This document shows, piece after piece, positions 61,246 to 64,000 of a stretch of 64,000 bases of DNA. Numbering within the stretch: position 1 is the stretch's first letter; every line of letters starts with the position of its first letter. A model generated the notes under the pieces. It searched no databases and had not been told where the DNA came from. It worked only from the letters and a program-made list of their open reading frames with translations. Source of the DNA: the human T2T-CHM13v2.0 reference genome, Homo sapiens; NCBI RefSeq assembly GCF_009914755.1, contig NC_060928.1; one strand, 5' to 3'. A program made the translations under genes and the position numbers.

Positions 61246-61293
61246 GATTCCCCAGAAGGTTACACAGGTCCATGAATCATTCACTGGCACTTG
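61246..61293 (+). other. Candidate 48-nt exon (unverified)
   Basis: Branch-like ttctaat (61209-61215), pyrimidine tract ttttccttccaaatactttccag|G, donor TTG|gtaagg. Confidence 0.3.
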
Positions 61294-63000
61294 GTAAGGT
61301 AATGAAGAAACAAAGACTCTCGCTTGGAAGCCAGATCCCACAACAGTCAGCTTCTGTACTGGACTTGATTGCTTTGACCACCTGTTGTTGCTGATGAAGC
61401 ACCACTGTCCCTGCTGCTGGTGTCACCTGTCCACTAAGGCAGAAAAGGGAGGTATTTGATGTAATAATCTCATGGCAAAATTTCCTGGCCTAAAATGCCA
61501 CAATTCTAAATTCAGGCACATGACGCTGTATGATATATGTTAGATCCACACATTTCTGTCCTAGGGTGGTGTTGCATTCAATAAACCCAAATGAAGCCTA
61601 ACATATAGTTTAAAATAAAGAATATTCAAAGCATCCAAATAAATAATCCACATCATCATTTACAAAAATACTCATTCTGCTTCCACACATTTTCCTTACT
61701 CTCTGTGGCTATATCCTTCCATTAAACCTCTTTAAAAATTTCTTACCCAACTATGAATTATACAGTTTGCTTTCATTATTTTCACTGGTTGTCTCTCTGT
61801 ACTCTCTGATGTATATTGACTTAGTTCCTTTATCAGCAAGAAAGACTCCTTCCTTTATTAGAGGTTACTATCAATGGGACATTTCCAGATTCTCTTTGGT
61901 GGTGCAGAAGAAGCAAAAATTCAATTTTTGTGCCATAACCATGGGGATTTTTCTCCATGCAAACCTCAGCCTTACTATGGATGCGAAGAAGGTACAAAGC
62001 AACTTCAAATAAGTTCATAAGGATATATTTGTCCTTCTCGTAACACCTGTCTTTTTGATATATACAAGTCGGGTATCTAGACAACTCTTTAATTCAACAA
62101 ATTCTCATTTAAAAGCTCACATTGTCACTTTCCAAAGCACATCATTGATTAGGAAACATCTCAATTTAAGGAATGTTTCTAAGTCTTTTAATTTTATGAA
62201 AGAAGGGAATTCAGGATCCAAACCCCTTTTCTGCCCTTTTGTAAAATTATATATTCAAAGTCATACATATGGGAGAGATCCAAAATACTTCTATCTGGCA
62301 CGGCAAAGACTGAAATGACAATGAATATATTGATTGAAGGATGACATCTAATGCCATCCGTGAACAATTTTACCTAAAGTACTTGTCCAGCCAAAGTGCT
62401 TGGCTGTATCTGTGGTAAAAATGGCTATCTAACCTCAACTTGAGGTGTGCTAGAAATAAGGTATTATTCATTTTATTTTATTGCTCAAATTAATTCATCT
62501 TGGTATTTATTCTACTAAGCTGGTGGGAACTTTAATTTTATTTGCTTTCTAGTTTCTCTCCATTTCTTCAGAGTTGTGTCTAAGTTCTGAGGGGCTTAAA
62601 ATATATCGGGGATCAGAAGGAATATATATAAATTTCACCAACTTCTGTGCAAGCAGCCATCCACCAAAAACGTATCTTCATGACTCATCCAAATGAGCCC
62701 TTCAGGTCAGAGAATTTCTACATACTTCTGTGCTATAGCTGATGGACCAAGACCCACAGTTCTGTTCCAGCGCTCTTCTAGTGCAAGGGAAACCATGCAG
62801 GTGATCTAATCACCCTCCCACAGCTACTCCTCTCTCCAGCGTCTGGCTCCAGCCTTGAGATTTGGACTTCAGCTCAATCCCTTTTGCTGCCAAGTTCTCC
62901 AAACTTCTCAAGGATCTTGCCAGATCCTAGGACTCTGAGACCTTTCCATATCTACCCATCCTCTCTCAGGACAGCATTTTTTAAGTGAGAGATCTTTGCA

Positions 63001-63160
63001 TTTTTAATTTTTTTTAAATTTATTATTGTTATTTATTTATTACATAGTAATTGTAGGTACCTATGGGGTCCATGTGATACTGTGATACAAGTATACAACG
63101 TGTAACAATCAAATCAGGGTATTTAGGATATCCATTACCTCAAATATTTCTCATAGCTTT
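63001..63160 (-). mobile_element. L1MA 3' end fragment
   Basis: T-rich tail then tatggggtccatgtgatactgtgatacaagtatacaacgtgtaacaatcaaatcagggta...atatccattacctcaaa. Confidence 0.85.
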
Positions 63161-63167
63161 GAGATAG

Positions 63168-63476
<309 letters not shown>

Positions 63477-63909
63477 GAGATAGCACATTTTTAAATGGAG
63501 GAAAAAAATGAAAAGAAGAGTGGAAGAATTGTGCTTTTTTTCAGGATGCTCTCAAGCAGCCTGTATATAGCTGGCATACGGAGAGCCCAAAGTGGGATAA
63601 GAATCTCAGAAGCTAAAGCCATGAAGGGCTTTTTTGTTCACTTTACAGCCTTCCAAATAGCAATGAGCACAGAACAGCATAACTTTTTAAGCAGGTAAAA
63701 GGGAGAATGGAAGAAATGCTGGGATGGAGGAAACATTGTTTAATATTTTCCAGCTACACAGTTAAGGGGCTTCAAATCTTTTTGAGTAAAAATGAATATA
63801 GGTAAATTAGTAAAAAAAAAAATAGCCCATATTGATTAAGTTAAGTAAATCTTATCACAGAGCATATTTGGGATGGTACAAAGATGAGGGGGAAAAAAAT
63901 GCAACACCA

Positions 63910-64000
63910 GGCCAGGGGCAGTGGAGCACACCAATATATAATGCCAGCACTTTGGGAGGCTGAGGCAGGAGGATTGCTTGAGCTCAGGAGTTTAAGACAG
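63910..64000 (+). mobile_element. AluJ/FLAM 5' part (runs off the window)
   Basis: ggccagg...ccagcactttgggaggctgaggcaggaggattgcttgagctcaggagttt. Confidence 0.88.

Overview
This is AT-rich primate genomic DNA (human or great-ape-like, judged from the L1PA2/3, AluY and THE1 content). It is intergenic or deep-intronic, and by eye over half of it is transposable-element remnants. No intact protein-coding gene, RNA gene, CpG island or CRISPR array is supported. Every ORF with recognisable homology is a broken LINE-1 ORF1/ORF2, Tigger1 transposase or ERVL pol remnant. Main elements: a full-length decayed L1PA7-like LINE-1 (565-7035, -); a complete two-LTR THE1 (12106-14459, -); a young L1PA2/3 with a twin-priming 5' inversion (20762-23189); two sense-strand MLT2A solo LTRs; an ERV1 LTR nested in an MLT1A LTR; an old L1 that lacks its 3' half and carries an AluSp and a GGAA microsatellite (39420-43300); an ERVL LTR plus pol remnant; a 5'-truncated L1PA8-like element; and about nine Alus. 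I found no convincing new biological system. The best speculative lead is a possible LTR-driven spliced non-coding transcript on the + strand (MLT2A1 LTR, then splice donors, then micro-exon candidates at 28135-28190 and 61246-61293). Subfamily names come from remembered diagnostic motifs, not a database search.
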